From the NCBI GenBank assembly GCA_020349885.1, contig CP070701.1:2284432-2348431 (forward strand): a DNA stretch of 64,000 nucleotides, in the 5' to 3' direction. Within the stretch, counting starts at the first letter, position 1; each line of letters starts with the position of its first letter. Below are positions 55,101 to 63,531 of this stretch, in pieces. The stretch comes from Acidobacteriota bacterium. GTDB taxonomy: Bacteria > Acidobacteriota > G020349885. The notes below the pieces were generated by a model. The model saw nothing but the letters and a program-made list of their open reading frames with translations, did no database searches and had not been told where the DNA came from. The position numbers and the translations under genes were made by a program.

Positions 55101-57674
55101 GATGGCCTCGAAGATGGCCTTGAAGGCCTCTTTGAGCTCCTTGCGGTTCGTGGCGAAGTAGGCGTAGTCGTAAATCTCGTCGGCCGTGTTGCTGCAGTCG
55201 CAGCCTGCCTTCGCACAGCCGGAGTCGTTGGTGTATCCGCTGTCATCGAAGGTCGCGAGCTTGAGGTCCACCGGCAATCCGGCATCGTCCTGCTCCAAAC
55301 CGCCCGGGTTGTCGGGACCGGCACTCGCGTCCGTCCAGCCGAAGTAGGCCAGGCGGTTCGCGTTGTAGCGCCGGCTCTCGGGGCCGAACTGGATGACGAA
55401 GGTGCGGACGTTGTTGCCCGTGGCCAGGGTGGCCAGGCGGCCCTCGGCGGCCGTCATCTGCCCCTGGCACGAGGCCAGGCTGCCCGAGGTGAAGAACGAG
55501 TCAATCAGCATAATCACGTACCCGTTGCGGCACCGGGCGCGGGGATCGTAGTTGGGATCGTTTTCGTCGGACAGGGCGGTGACGATGTCCACAAGCGTCT
55601 GCCCCGCCGCATCGCTGTTCTGAATGGGGAAGGTGGGCTGGTCGGTGACGCCCAGGCCGCCGATGTCGACGGATCCGGTTCCGTCGGGCTTGTCGAGCGT
55701 TGTTGTCACTCCCCATTTCCGAAGGTAAGCGTTGATGCGGTCGGTGTTGTACCTCTGGCCCGTGAAGTCCTCGTCGTTGGTATTGACGGGCACGAGGTGC
55801 GCGATGCCGCCCACGGTGGTGTAGCCGATCGGATTCCCGACGGCATCATACAGGTCGGTGTTGTAGTTTGGGTCTCCCCCATCAATGGCCTTTCCGACGT
55901 TCGACGCGCCGATCATGAGCCCGAAGTTCATGCTGAACACCAGGCTCGATATGAGATCGTCAGCGCAGGCGGTGTTGTGGGAAAGGGCCCCGCTACCTGC
56001 TTTTTCTTTGTTCTTCGGATCGGTCGGATTGACTAAGCTACAGGCGATGGTGTGTCCGTCGTCGTCGTCGATGATGCCGTCCCCGTTGTTGTCAATACCG
56101 TCGGTGCAATCGGTCTCGCCGCAGGCGGAAGTTTGCAGGTCGGGGTCAATGTTCGGTGGATTCTCCGTGAAGTAGGCGCACGGGCTCGCGTTCCATGTCG
56201 CATGGGTTTTCGTCGCGTGGGGGCTCGGGTGCATGTCGCCTGCGCACACCTGCGTGCCGTAGACGCCCGCCGCGCCGAACACGGAGGCCTCCGCCGTGAA
56301 GATGTCGCCCGAGTCCTCAAGGCGCGGCGCAAGGAAGGGGTCGACGGTGCGCTCGTCGCACGAGAGGTTCCTGTCCGCGTCCAGGGCGAGGCTGTACGGC
56401 GTTTCCCCGTCGGGGCCTTCTAGATTGGTTCCGAAGTTGCACCCCCCCAGGTCCCGAAGCGTCGCAATGTTCACGCTGTCTCCCAGGACGTTCTTGACCG
56501 TCGAGATGCGCGAAGGCTCGTACCAGGCGTAGCCCGCGCACTGCAGGTCGCTGTAGAGCATCCTGATGTCGTCCACCATCCAGCCGAGGCCGAAGTTATG
56601 GATGTAGTCCATGCTGTCGAAGCGGAAACGAATCTGAATCGTGTCCCCGGGCGTTATAAGCGGTTCATCTGTCAAGCCGTCCCCGTCGTCGTCAATTCCG
56701 TTGGTGCAATCGGACTCGTCTATGAAGGTGTCCCCGTCGTCGTCCCTACCGTTGGTGCAATTGGAAATGTCATCGGCCGTTCCTAGAATGCCATCTAAGC
56801 CTGGATCGATGTCGGCACAGTCGGCACAAATCGAGTCCAGGTTGAAGCTCTGAGGCACCCAAATACCGGAGGTGTCCAGCACCTGGCCCGCGAAGTGCCA
56901 GTTGCTCCAGACGCCGGTTGCGGAATCCTGAACTCGAACCTCGACCAGCTTCTTGTCATACTTGGGGTTGCTTTCGGTTACCGCCCGCGACATGAAGAGA
57001 ATATCGATGATCGTCGCGCCTAGGGTGTCGATGGGCGGGGATTCGATGGCGCCTGCCACGCGTCGGCGGCAGAGCGTTGCATCGTGTTTCCGGTCGCAAA
57101 GATTACCCCGTGTGTCCAGAGAGACACATCCGGGGTCCGGACAGTCGGCTACGGGGTCCGCAACCTCGAAGGTGCAGGGGACGCAATTGGCGGGATTGTT
57201 TGGATTGTCCGGAGAACAGCCGAAGTACCAGCTATACTCCCCGCCGGACGCAGACGACGGCGAGCAGGTCGGCTCACGCACGATGTGCCACAGGTTGGGA
57301 TACATGGGATCAATCGAGGAGAGCGTCCACCCCATGTCCCCGAACTCCACGGTGTCCGAAAAGGCGCTGCACAGTTCGTTTCCGTCTGCGTCGATGAAGC
57401 TCGCCCTGTCTTCAATGTAGCGCCAGCCGCCCGTGTTGTTGATGAACCACGGCTCGTTTCCCTGGTCGTCGTTGATTTCCAGGGGGTTCGATAGGGTTTT
57501 CGACGTGTCGAGGAACAGATAAATGAGGGGATTGGCGGAGGAGGAACCCATTTGCCGCAGCGGATCCACCCCCGGGAACTCCTCCTCGGCGCGCGCGGCG
57601 CCGAGCCATGCCATACAGAGCACCGCTCCTGCGAGCGCTACCGCCCCAATCCTTAAGCGGGGCTTCGCCTTCAT
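52176..57674 (-). CDS. pilY1: Type IV pilus tip adhesin PilY1/PilC-family protein, unusually large (about 1830 aa), with multiple MopE-like Cys/Asp repeats
   Basis: Signal peptide at MKAKPRLRIGAVALAGAVLCMAWLGAARA. Hallmark PilY1 C-terminal domain block IIYAPANDGLLHAFDSVDGYEVWAYLPP (compare GANDGMLHAFD..G.E.WAYVP). Located immediately downstream of pilX in a fimT-pilV-pilW-pilX operon. Five or more C.(D/N)G.D(D/N)DGDG..DE repeats. Confidence 0.8.
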   Translation of the reverse strand: MKAKPRLRIGAVALAGAVLCMAWLGAARAEEEFPGVDPLRQMGSSSANPLIYLFLDTSKTLSNPLEINDDQGNEPWFINNTGGWRYIEDRASFIDADGNELCSAFSDTVEFGDMGWTLSSIDPMYPNLWHIVREPTCSPSSASGGEYSWYFGCSPDNPNNPANCVPCTFEVADPVADCPDPGCVSLDTRGNLCDRKHDATLCRRRVAGAIESPPIDTLGATIIDILFMSRAVTESNPKYDKKLVEVRVQDSATGVWSNWHFAGQVLDTSGIWVPQSFNLDSICADCADIDPGLDGILGTADDISNCTNGRDDDGDTFIDESDCTNGIDDDGDGLTDEPLITPGDTIQIRFRFDSMDYIHNFGLGWMVDDIRMLYSDLQCAGYAWYEPSRISTVKNVLGDSVNIATLRDLGGCNFGTNLEGPDGETPYSLALDADRNLSCDERTVDPFLAPRLEDSGDIFTAEASVFGAAGVYGTQVCAGDMHPSPHATKTHATWNASPCAYFTENPPNIDPDLQTSACGETDCTDGIDNNGDGIIDDDDGHTIACSLVNPTDPKNKEKAGSGALSHNTACADDLISSLVFSMNFGLMIGASNVGKAIDGGDPNYNTDLYDAVGNPIGYTTVGGIAHLVPVNTNDEDFTGQRYNTDRINAYLRKWGVTTTLDKPDGTGSVDIGGLGVTDQPTFPIQNSDAAGQTLVDIVTALSDENDPNYDPRARCRNGYVIMLIDSFFTSGSLASCQGQMTAAEGRLATLATGNNVRTFVIQFGPESRRYNANRLAYFGWTDASAGPDNPGGLEQDDAGLPVDLKLATFDDSGYTNDSGCAKAGCDCSNTADEIYDYAYFATNRKELKEAFKAIFEAIAQGDLVTAPPTVTPTISATGDDQYVGLLTSAEFPGWRGHLRAFDLRPDEPEELWDAGGDNGTAPPYQDPTTYPAHGFTSRDLSADPRAIWSSEFNSTSPAHKLFPINDANWSSLAKSFNDMAAKGLVSFPKDGFTAVAGEETTDDCSKINIYELIDFIKGFDGRVNSAVGHLQRPWILGDVVNVSPVLVQRPLDFLMGTAANKEAFDDKYENRHPIIYAPANDGLLHAFDSVDGYEVWAYLPPTQIDNAARLYCSFKDAYDASLEVCLDNENDPPPPCVLDGDCCSNGVDDDGDGAIDEECGDYLTCTQDALDKMENPTGQNTFLTDHIYGLAAAPRVGEIRVKMDPACDDTLTPNCPSGDPLFCCRSWATALFMGEGAGGSNYYALDVTHPYGPGGRTVTDHLKGQDFTADEDECFGYPDSCSNTSPPLSIPLHGNPTNSPFQVLWRIGPDKPGFEGLGESWSTVPVGLINDPTINSTADPPPKLQTFAVALGSYHRPPEFGVCVESDCTDGIDNDGDGSTDEWESRCGQVPCAAGDLETLNTYWIVRAEDGALLKRSDDFKDPALLPATDGDRPYHQSAADFLPDGTKASYDSVGESVDNDDERKKPKIPNSTLPDVIMMETDFAGLPAAFYPDGIVTHLFQADLHGRIWAADISDEGTDWGIGTWAENWKQWKLFDPLNAPPDDIGSPGDVPVSTTPGATKGLWTDTDGLDPANMTAIGAQPIHYTPAIGHLSANRYVVAFSTGGWGETHSNVAGEQFAPHLVLLVTDENLVDPALTKGSTSHGICQAWVVRLDNIAIVGEVLICGEADCDNGLDDDGDGLIDELDPAPTITGTLSPSARVTGSPLLVIQREASLGGAGRTSGTAIFSVYDPIEIPDTGPCVGTSFAIVVDFQHVNNFENCNDPTGATVAQAIEIGIGFQTLTAGPTSPIMAVSSTKFGDAAKLKKVKGMKWPGAGPEITVLSWQELSCDY

Positions 57675-57765
57675 GGCAGCCCCCCGGATGCCGTGCCTGT
57701 CCTCCACCGCCCGGCTTCGGACGGCGGACGGGCTGCGCAAGGGCGGGGTAATCTTTCTGCGGTTC

Positions 57766-58617
57766 TTAACCAGCGGCATAGATGGTGTTCGTGTTGTGAA
57801 GGTCAATGTTGCGGCCCGAATACGTGAGCCGGGGAGGGTCCTTCTGCGTGATGACTTCCATGATAACTATGCGCGCCACGATGGGATTCTCGGGCGTGCC
57901 CTGGGTCGCCACTTCCGCGTCGCCGCCTCCCGCAAGCCACTTGTCGAACCAATAGTTAGTATTATCGCTAAAAGGCTCGGGGTGCTTCTTGACCCAGGCC
58001 TCGGCGATAAGAACAAAATCGCCGTCCAAATCAGTGCCCGCCTTGCTGGCCGCTAAGGGATCGTCGGGGTCCGTGTCGTTTGGGTTGTTGCGAATCCAGA
58101 CTGAGAAATAGCCCTTGACGGTCGGCCCCGGCGCCGAGGTAGGCGTAAAGAAGGGCTCGCTCTTTTCGAGATAGGGGCGCATGAACAGGAAAACGTCTTG
58201 GTAGTAATCGTAAAGCGGAACGGCCTGCATGCGTTGTTCGCCGGCTTTGCACTGCATGAAGTCCGTCGTGCGCAGGCAGCCTCGGCATTCGTTCTCGGAA
58301 GGCGCATCTTCGTTGATGCAAAGATACTTGGGCGGAACCGTTACTCCCGGCTCCGGCGCGCCCTTGAGATCGTTGTCTATCTCGCCGTCGACGAGCGCCT
58401 CGACGAGCATGAACTTGGCATGCGTGAGAGCGGAGCGGGCGATCTCCCGCGCGAGTTTTGCCTGCTGGTCATGGATGGCGATGTCGCGCTCCACCTCGGA
58501 AACAAAAACCAGCCCGAGCCCCAGCACCGTCATGACCATCACGAGCAAAATGGCCAGGACGAGTCCAGAGCCGCGCTCCTTCGATGACCGATGTCCAAAA
58601 TTCCTAATTGACGGCAT
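57766..58617 (-). CDS. pilX: Type IV pilus minor pilin PilX-like
   Basis: Non-canonical N-terminus ...RGSGLVLAILLVMVMTVLGLGLVFV is typical of PilX (QRG..L...L..L...T.LG). Position between pilW and pilY1. Confidence 0.65.
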   Translation of the reverse strand: MPSIRNFGHRSSKERGSGLVLAILLVMVMTVLGLGLVFVSEVERDIAIHDQQAKLAREIARSALTHAKFMLVEALVDGEIDNDLKGAPEPGVTVPPKYLCINEDAPSENECRGCLRTTDFMQCKAGEQRMQAVPLYDYYQDVFLFMRPYLEKSEPFFTPTSAPGPTVKGYFSVWIRNNPNDTDPDDPLAASKAGTDLDGDFVLIAEAWVKKHPEPFSDNTNYWFDKWLAGGGDAEVATQGTPENPIVARIVIMEVITQKDPPRLTYSGRNIDLHNTNTIYAAG

Positions 58618-58638
58618 GACTTCGCTCCTTGTCTTGCT

Positions 58639-59904
58639 TTAACCTTCCTTCGCGCCGGCCATGAACGAATAGTCCATATAGAACGACTGCATGTGCGAGC
58701 GCGTCGAGCCCCGCACCACGCGGTAAACATAGCTGCTATCCGCGGCCTTCACGAAGAGCCCTTTCGCCCTTCCGGCCGGCACCGGCTCCCCCGTCCGCAC
58801 CGTGACGGTAATTTCAACTTCCCGCAAATTGATGCGGTTCAGGTAGTGATCCTCCAGGGGGTCACCTTTCGAAGCAGCCACGGACGTCGTAACGGTTTCC
58901 ATGGGCGGCGGGAACATCCGCGCTCGGATGCTCGCGCCGGTGTTGGGGTCGCGGAAGACCGCGACGGCCTCCAGATCGTAGATGTTCTCGGCATAGAGGT
59001 CGAATTGGCCTTGAACGTTCGCCGCGTTGGTGTCTGTGCTGGGCAGGAATTCGGCCATGTAGAAATTTCCGCCCGGCGTTTCGATCACATTGCCGGAAGA
59101 ATCCGTCACGGAGAGGATCTCCCGCTTATAGGCGAACACGGCGTGCGCGACGCTCACGTAGACCAGGATGGGCGTGTCGCCCCCGGGCGCGGCGCCCGGG
59201 TTCCATCCCAGTGAAGTGGGATCGTGGAGAATCTGAATGGTGCTGATGGACTCCGACGGCGAGTTTTCCGCGGGTGCGGCGGCAAGGCGTGTAAAGTGAA
59301 GTGCTTTCGTGTAAAGGTTCTGAAGCTTCACCGCGGGGGACATGGTGGTATCGGTGATAATGTCGTTGCCGAGCCTGACGTTGTAGAGCAGAAGCGGCAT
59401 CTGCCCGGGTGGCGTCCAATCCGGAAGTGAGAATCCCGTGCGGGCCTTTACATGGACCTGGTTTCCATTCCAGCCGAAATGGGTGGTGTATTGTTCGAGC
59501 GTGAGTCGGTCGAGAAGCGGAGCGCCCGCTCCGGCCGTTTCGCCGGGGAAGTCCCGCTGGTAATAGACACCGAAGACGAGATCGTTTGGGTCCAATCCCA
59601 CCTTCGTCCGGGCGGTCTTCACGTAGTTGAACTCATCGAGCTCCTGCGCCGTCTGAAGGGAGAGCGTGTGCGGCATGAGTCCCGTGCCGGCGCGGGAGGC
59701 GCGGTCGCCCGCCATGGTCAGCACGATGCGCATGTTCTGCTGCGCCTCGGCGAGCTCGTTCTGGTAGGCCTGAATTTGGGTGGTGCTTACCAGGATGACG
59801 GCAAGCCCGGCCAAGACAAACAGCATGACCACCGAGGCCACGAGCATCTCCATCAGCGTGACGCCTGCTTCGGAACGGGAGCGAGGAACGGTTTTTTGTC
59901 GCAT
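58639..59904 (-). CDS. pilW: Type IV pilus minor pilin PilW-like
   Basis: Prepilin-like N-terminus SEAG|VTLMEMLVASVVMLFVLAGL. Size about 420 aa. Operon position. Confidence 0.65.
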   Translation of the reverse strand: MRQKTVPRSRSEAGVTLMEMLVASVVMLFVLAGLAVILVSTTQIQAYQNELAEAQQNMRIVLTMAGDRASRAGTGLMPHTLSLQTAQELDEFNYVKTARTKVGLDPNDLVFGVYYQRDFPGETAGAGAPLLDRLTLEQYTTHFGWNGNQVHVKARTGFSLPDWTPPGQMPLLLYNVRLGNDIITDTTMSPAVKLQNLYTKALHFTRLAAAPAENSPSESISTIQILHDPTSLGWNPGAAPGGDTPILVYVSVAHAVFAYKREILSVTDSSGNVIETPGGNFYMAEFLPSTDTNAANVQGQFDLYAENIYDLEAVAVFRDPNTGASIRARMFPPPMETVTTSVAASKGDPLEDHYLNRINLREVEITVTVRTGEPVPAGRAKGLFVKAADSSYVYRVVRGSTRSHMQSFYMDYSFMAGAKEG

Positions 59905-59908
59905 CGCT

Positions 59909-60598
59909 TTAATCGAGTTTGTATGCCTGCCGCCTTGGAAAAACCGCGGTGTAGCTTACGGCAACGTCTCTCAGAAAGGGCGTGTTCGACAGGAGATAGC
60001 CCGACCGGATGTCCAAGCGCACCTCGAGCGCTTGGCTGGTGTATACTCCGCCGTCCACCACCCAGGTGACGAACGCCTCGAGGCCGCTTCCCGGCTGCAG
60101 GAAATCGTCGAGGGTGGCTCCGCCCGGCAGGGTGGAGTCCTTGGTGTAAGGAAGATATTGCCGTATGTCGTTGACGGTCACGGCCACGTAGATGGCCGCG
60201 CGGCCCTTCGCCCACTGGCTCTGAAAGAATGGCAAAAACGTCTCGAAATCGCTGCTGGGATTGTAAGAAGCAAGCGCCGTGACGTCGTCGGTGCCGATGG
60301 CCGGGGGGACCGCCACACCCACGGGCAGGGACATGTAGGTTCGCTTCAGCTCTTCGGTCTGCATCTGAGCGATGTTCGCCAGCCGGGTCCTTTGCTCCAC
60401 GCTCTTGTTCACGTAGGTCGCCATCACGAAAAGCTGCACGATCGAGACCATCATCATGGCCATAATGCCCATCGCCACCAGAACTTCGATGAGCGTGAAG
60501 CCTTTCCCGGGACTCGGTCGGGCCGGGATGCGGCCCTCGGAGGTGCCGCGAACCCATCCCCGCCCGCGCTCGTCCGTGCTGTGCTTCGTTTTTGCCAT
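59909..60598 (-). CDS. pilV: Type IV pilus minor pilin PilV-like
   Basis: Class III signal ...GKG|FTLIEVLVAMGIMAMMM. The annotated ATG gives an unusually long 32-aa leader, so the true start may be an internal non-ATG codon. Confidence 0.7.
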   Translation of the reverse strand: MAKTKHSTDERGRGWVRGTSEGRIPARPSPGKGFTLIEVLVAMGIMAMMMVSIVQLFVMATYVNKSVEQRTRLANIAQMQTEELKRTYMSLPVGVAVPPAIGTDDVTALASYNPSSDFETFLPFFQSQWAKGRAAIYVAVTVNDIRQYLPYTKDSTLPGGATLDDFLQPGSGLEAFVTWVVDGGVYTSQALEVRLDIRSGYLLSNTPFLRDVAVSYTAVFPRRQAYKLD

Positions 60599-60603
60599 GG
60601 CCG

Positions 60604-61143
60604 TTATCCTTCCTCTCCGGCTTTTTTGACGATGGTGATTTTTCCCGTACCTCTCAATTCAATTTCCACTTGGTGGCCGTAGCGGTTCTGAAGAACCAGA
60701 GTGGAAACCGAAATGTCCGAGCCGATTATTCCGTCTGATCCGTCCGCTATGCGTCCATTATTGCGAAAGACGTACACTTCTGGCTCCGGGGGAGTGTTGA
60801 TACCCGGATTGGTGACTTTAGTGAAAAACGCTCCCTCGGCCAAAAACACTTCCGAGCGCACGCCGTCAACCCGCGCCCAATTGCCGGTGGAGTTTCTCAC
60901 TTCCAATTCCGCCAGTCTCGCCTCGCCCCCCTGAATCAAGACTACGCGCGTCGTCGAGGAACGCTTGATGGCGATGATTCGCGCCCGCTGCATGAGCGCC
61001 ACGGTTTCGCGGCCGCTGAGGTTCAAGCGTTGCCGGAGCATCCAGGAGCCGAATGCCCCGACGGTCACGAATGAGAGGATGGCAAGAACCCCCAGCGTGA
61101 CAAGCATTTCAATCAGCGTAAAACCGCGTTCCCGATGATGCAT
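60604..61143 (-). CDS. fimT: Type IV pilus minor pilin FimT/FimU (GspH-like)
   Basis: Preferred start MHHRER|G|FTLIEMLVTLGVLAIL gives a 6-aa basic leader, classic for type IV prepilins. In-frame upstream ATG (61161) and TTG (61170) are alternatives. GGAGGA SD 8 nt upstream of 61143. Confidence 0.75.
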   Translation of the reverse strand: MHHRERGFTLIEMLVTLGVLAILSFVTVGAFGSWMLRQRLNLSGRETVALMQRARIIAIKRSSTTRVVLIQGGEARLAELEVRNSTGNWARVDGVRSEVFLAEGAFFTKVTNPGINTPPEPEVYVFRNNGRIADGSDGIIGSDISVSTLVLQNRYGHQVEIELRGTGKITIVKKAGEEG

Positions 61144-61170
61144 TCTAAAATCCTCCACCATATTGACCAA

Positions 61171-61185
61171 GCAATCGATGTGCCA
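61171..61185 (-). promoter_or_regulatory. Sigma54 (-24/-12) promoter TGGCAC-atcga-TTGC for the minor-pilin operon
   Basis: Minus-strand TGGCACATCGATTGCT with exact GG-N10-GC spacing. Predicted TSS is about 17 nt upstream of the fimT ATG, leaving room for the GGAGGA SD. Embedded in an unusually AT-rich roughly 130-nt segment (61186-61310) with A-tracts, an IHF/UAS-like context. Confidence 0.6.
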
Positions 61186-61306
61186 AGTTTACAGGGCGTG
61201 AGAAAGTGGTTCTAACTATATATAAGTAAAGAATTTTTTTGATTTTTCCATAGGCCGATTTTAAGGCTCGCTGGAGCGAAAGAACGCGCGGCGAAAATAT
61301 GTTACG

Positions 61307-61837
61307 TTATGAAACACTTGAGTGCAAGGCACGCTTGAATACCTCGAAGGAATGGACGTCAAAAAGTACGAAGCGAACCTCTCGAAGCGACCGCGCTTTT
61401 TTGAGAAACTCTTGGGCCGCCTGGACGAACCGCGGCGCGGCCTCTTCGACCGTTAAACCGCCGATGCCGCAGCCGAGGGCCGGCACCGCAAGGCTTCCCG
61501 CCTCCTTTCCCGCTTGCACGAACAAGTCGTCGGCAAGCTGGAGGCTTGCGCGCAGGGCCGCCTCCGAGCTTTCGAGCGATGCCGAGCCGCCCAGGTGCAT
61601 GACGGCGGCGTGAATCACGTAAGTTGCGCTCAGGCGGCCCGCTCCCGTCGCGGCCGCTTCGCCGAGGCCGACGGGCCCCAGGCGGTTGCACTCTTCCTGG
61701 ATCGAGGGGCCGCCGGCGCGCCGGATGGCGCCCGCGACGCCGCCCCCGAGCAGCAAATCCGTGTTCGCCGCGTTGACGATGGCGTCCACGCTTTCCCGGG
61801 TGATGTCTCCCTGCACGACGCGGACGGAGCCCGGCAT
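61307..61837 (-). CDS. Macro-domain protein (O-acetyl-ADP-ribose deacetylase / YmdB-like)
   Basis: Start at MPGSVRVVQGDITRESVDAIVNAANTDLLLGGGVAGAI..AGG (macro motif). The longer Arg-rich N-terminal extension in the ORF track is a GC artefact. Start coordinate is plus or minus 1 nt. Confidence 0.75.
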   Translation of the reverse strand: MPGSVRVVQGDITRESVDAIVNAANTDLLLGGGVAGAIRRAGGPSIQEECNRLGPVGLGEAAATGAGRLSATYVIHAAVMHLGGSASLESSEAALRASLQLADDLFVQAGKEAGSLAVPALGCGIGGLTVEEAAPRFVQAAQEFLKKARSLREVRFVLFDVHSFEVFKRALHSSVS

Positions 61838-61851
61838 GGCTCTCTTATGTC

Positions 61852-62757
61852 CTAGGAGGCGAGGAGCACGACGCGCGGCTGAAAGAACGCCGCCGCGCGC
61901 CGCTCGGCGATGGCGACCAGCTCTCCTTCGGGGCCGAGCACCCGCACGGGGCGGCCGCCGCCCGATTCGCCTTGCGCCTCCCCTGGAGGGGCGGGCAGGA
62001 TGACGGAGCGGTCGAGGGGCTGGCCGTGCCGCAAATGCGCGAGGCCCGCCCGCGTGATGCGGATGAAGGGCATGTCGAGGGGAATTTTTTCCATCGGGAT
62101 CACGTGCCCGGCCGCGCTCTCTCGCGTGAGCTCGTCGAGTGACACCGCCTGGTCCAGGGTCATGAGGCCCACCGCCGTGCGCGCGAGCGACTCGACGTGT
62201 CCCCCGCATCCGAGTTTCTGTCCCGTGTCGTGGGCCACGTTCCGCACGTAGGCGCCCGAGGAGCAGCGCATGCGGAAACCGACGCGGTCGCCGTCGAACG
62301 AGAGCACGCGAAGCTCGAAAATTTCGACATCGACGGGCTTGCGCTCCACTTCCTTTCCCTCGCGCGCGAGCTCGTAGAGCTTTTTGCCGCCCACCTTTTT
62401 GGCGGAAAACATGGGCGGGATTTGCTGGATTTTCCCGCGAAAGAGCGCGAACGTTTCCTCGACCTGCTCCTGCGTGACGTTGGGCGTCTTGCGCTCGCCC
62501 ACGGGCTCGCCGTCGGCGTCGTAGGTCGTCGTGGCCCAGCCGAGGCGGAAAATACCCTCGTAGGTTTTGTGCTCGGCCAGAATGAATTGCGAGAGCCTCG
62601 TGGCGCGGCCCACGCAGAGAGGAAGCACCCCGGTCGCAATGGGGTCGAGAATCCCGGTGTGGCCGATGCGCCGCACCCCCAGGAGCCGGCGCGCGCGGTC
62701 CACCGCGTCGTGCGACGTGATCCCCCGGGGCTTGTTGACGATGAGGAGGCCGTTCAT
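61852..62757 (-). CDS. truB: tRNA pseudouridine(55) synthase TruB
   Basis: MNGLLIVNKPRGITSHD....R.......IGHTGILDP.ATGVLPLCVG.AT.L (catalytic Asp in HTGILDP). C-terminal PUA-like region. Confidence 0.88.
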   Translation of the reverse strand: MNGLLIVNKPRGITSHDAVDRARRLLGVRRIGHTGILDPIATGVLPLCVGRATRLSQFILAEHKTYEGIFRLGWATTTYDADGEPVGERKTPNVTQEQVEETFALFRGKIQQIPPMFSAKKVGGKKLYELAREGKEVERKPVDVEIFELRVLSFDGDRVGFRMRCSSGAYVRNVAHDTGQKLGCGGHVESLARTAVGLMTLDQAVSLDELTRESAAGHVIPMEKIPLDMPFIRITRAGLAHLRHGQPLDRSVILPAPPGEAQGESGGGRPVRVLGPEGELVAIAERRAAAFFQPRVVLLAS

Positions 62758-62777
62758 TTAAATCGCCGATTTTTCAT

Positions 62778-63140
62778 TCAGGTGTCCGTGGGTTTTAATT
62801 CCGGGCCTTTGCCCGCCGAATCGACGCGAAAATCGAGTTCGGGCACGAAGCGCAGCGCCAGCGCGTGCCCGAGCTCCCGCCGAAGGTATCCACGGGCGCT
62901 TCGGAGCGCTTCGGCGCTTTGGAGACGCGCCTCGGCGCCGCCCAGGACGCTTACGTAAACGCGCGCATGGCGCAAATCGCGGCTCATCACGACGTCCATG
63001 ACCGTGGCGAAGCCGAGGCGGGGATCGCGCAGCTCCTGCTGAAGCAGGCGCCCCAGCTCCGCGCGCACCAGGTCGCCCACGCTCTCCGGGCGGTGCGAGG
63101 GCTGGCGAAGGTGCGGCGAGCGTTTCTTAGCAGAGCTCAA
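62778..63140 (-). CDS. rbfA: Ribosome-binding factor A
   Basis: R..RV..L...EL..LL...L.DPRL...TV..V..S.DL..A.VYVSVLG KH-fold consensus. truB-adjacent. Confidence 0.8.
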   Translation of the reverse strand: MSSAKKRSPHLRQPSHRPESVGDLVRAELGRLLQQELRDPRLGFATVMDVVMSRDLRHARVYVSVLGGAEARLQSAEALRSARGYLRRELGHALALRFVPELDFRVDSAGKGPELKPTDT

Positions 63141-63408
63141 GCGTGTGCTCCACGATTTCGCCGGGGAGGCGCGACTCGAGGAATCTCAGGATTTTTTCCT
63201 CCTCGGCCCGTGCGGCGTCGGCGTGCGGCGCGAAGAAGGCGAGCCCGAAGGTCGCGCGCTGCCACAAATCCTGATGGTCGAGTTCGGTGACGGAAACGTT
63301 GAAGCGCTTGCGAAGCTCCGCGCGGAGGCGTGCCAAGGCGGAGCGCTTGTCCTTCAAGGAGCGGGTTTCGAAAAAGTGCATCTCGATCCGAAGCAACGCC
63401 ACGCGCAT
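63127..63408 (-). CDS. DUF503 (YlxP-like) protein
   Basis: M.VALLRIEMHFFETRSLKDKRSALARLRAELRKRFNVSVTELDHQDLWQRATFGLA matches the DUF503 pattern. Typical position upstream of rbfA. Confidence 0.65.
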   Translation of the reverse strand: MRVALLRIEMHFFETRSLKDKRSALARLRAELRKRFNVSVTELDHQDLWQRATFGLAFFAPHADAARAEEEKILRFLESRLPGEIVEHTLELC

Positions 63409-63531
63409 GCTGAAATTCCTCCCGGCGCTTGAAACAAGAGCTTAGCAGAACGGAGGGAGGGATTCAAATTTCGCGCGGGGAGAAGCGTCCCGTTCGCCAA
63501 CCGGGGCGGGCTAGGATAAAATGGAAGCGCT

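Noticed and set aside
58639-59904. Considered PilW-like gene as a possible major pilin
   Set aside because: At about 420 aa it is far too large for a major pilin, and its position between pilV and pilX fits PilW.
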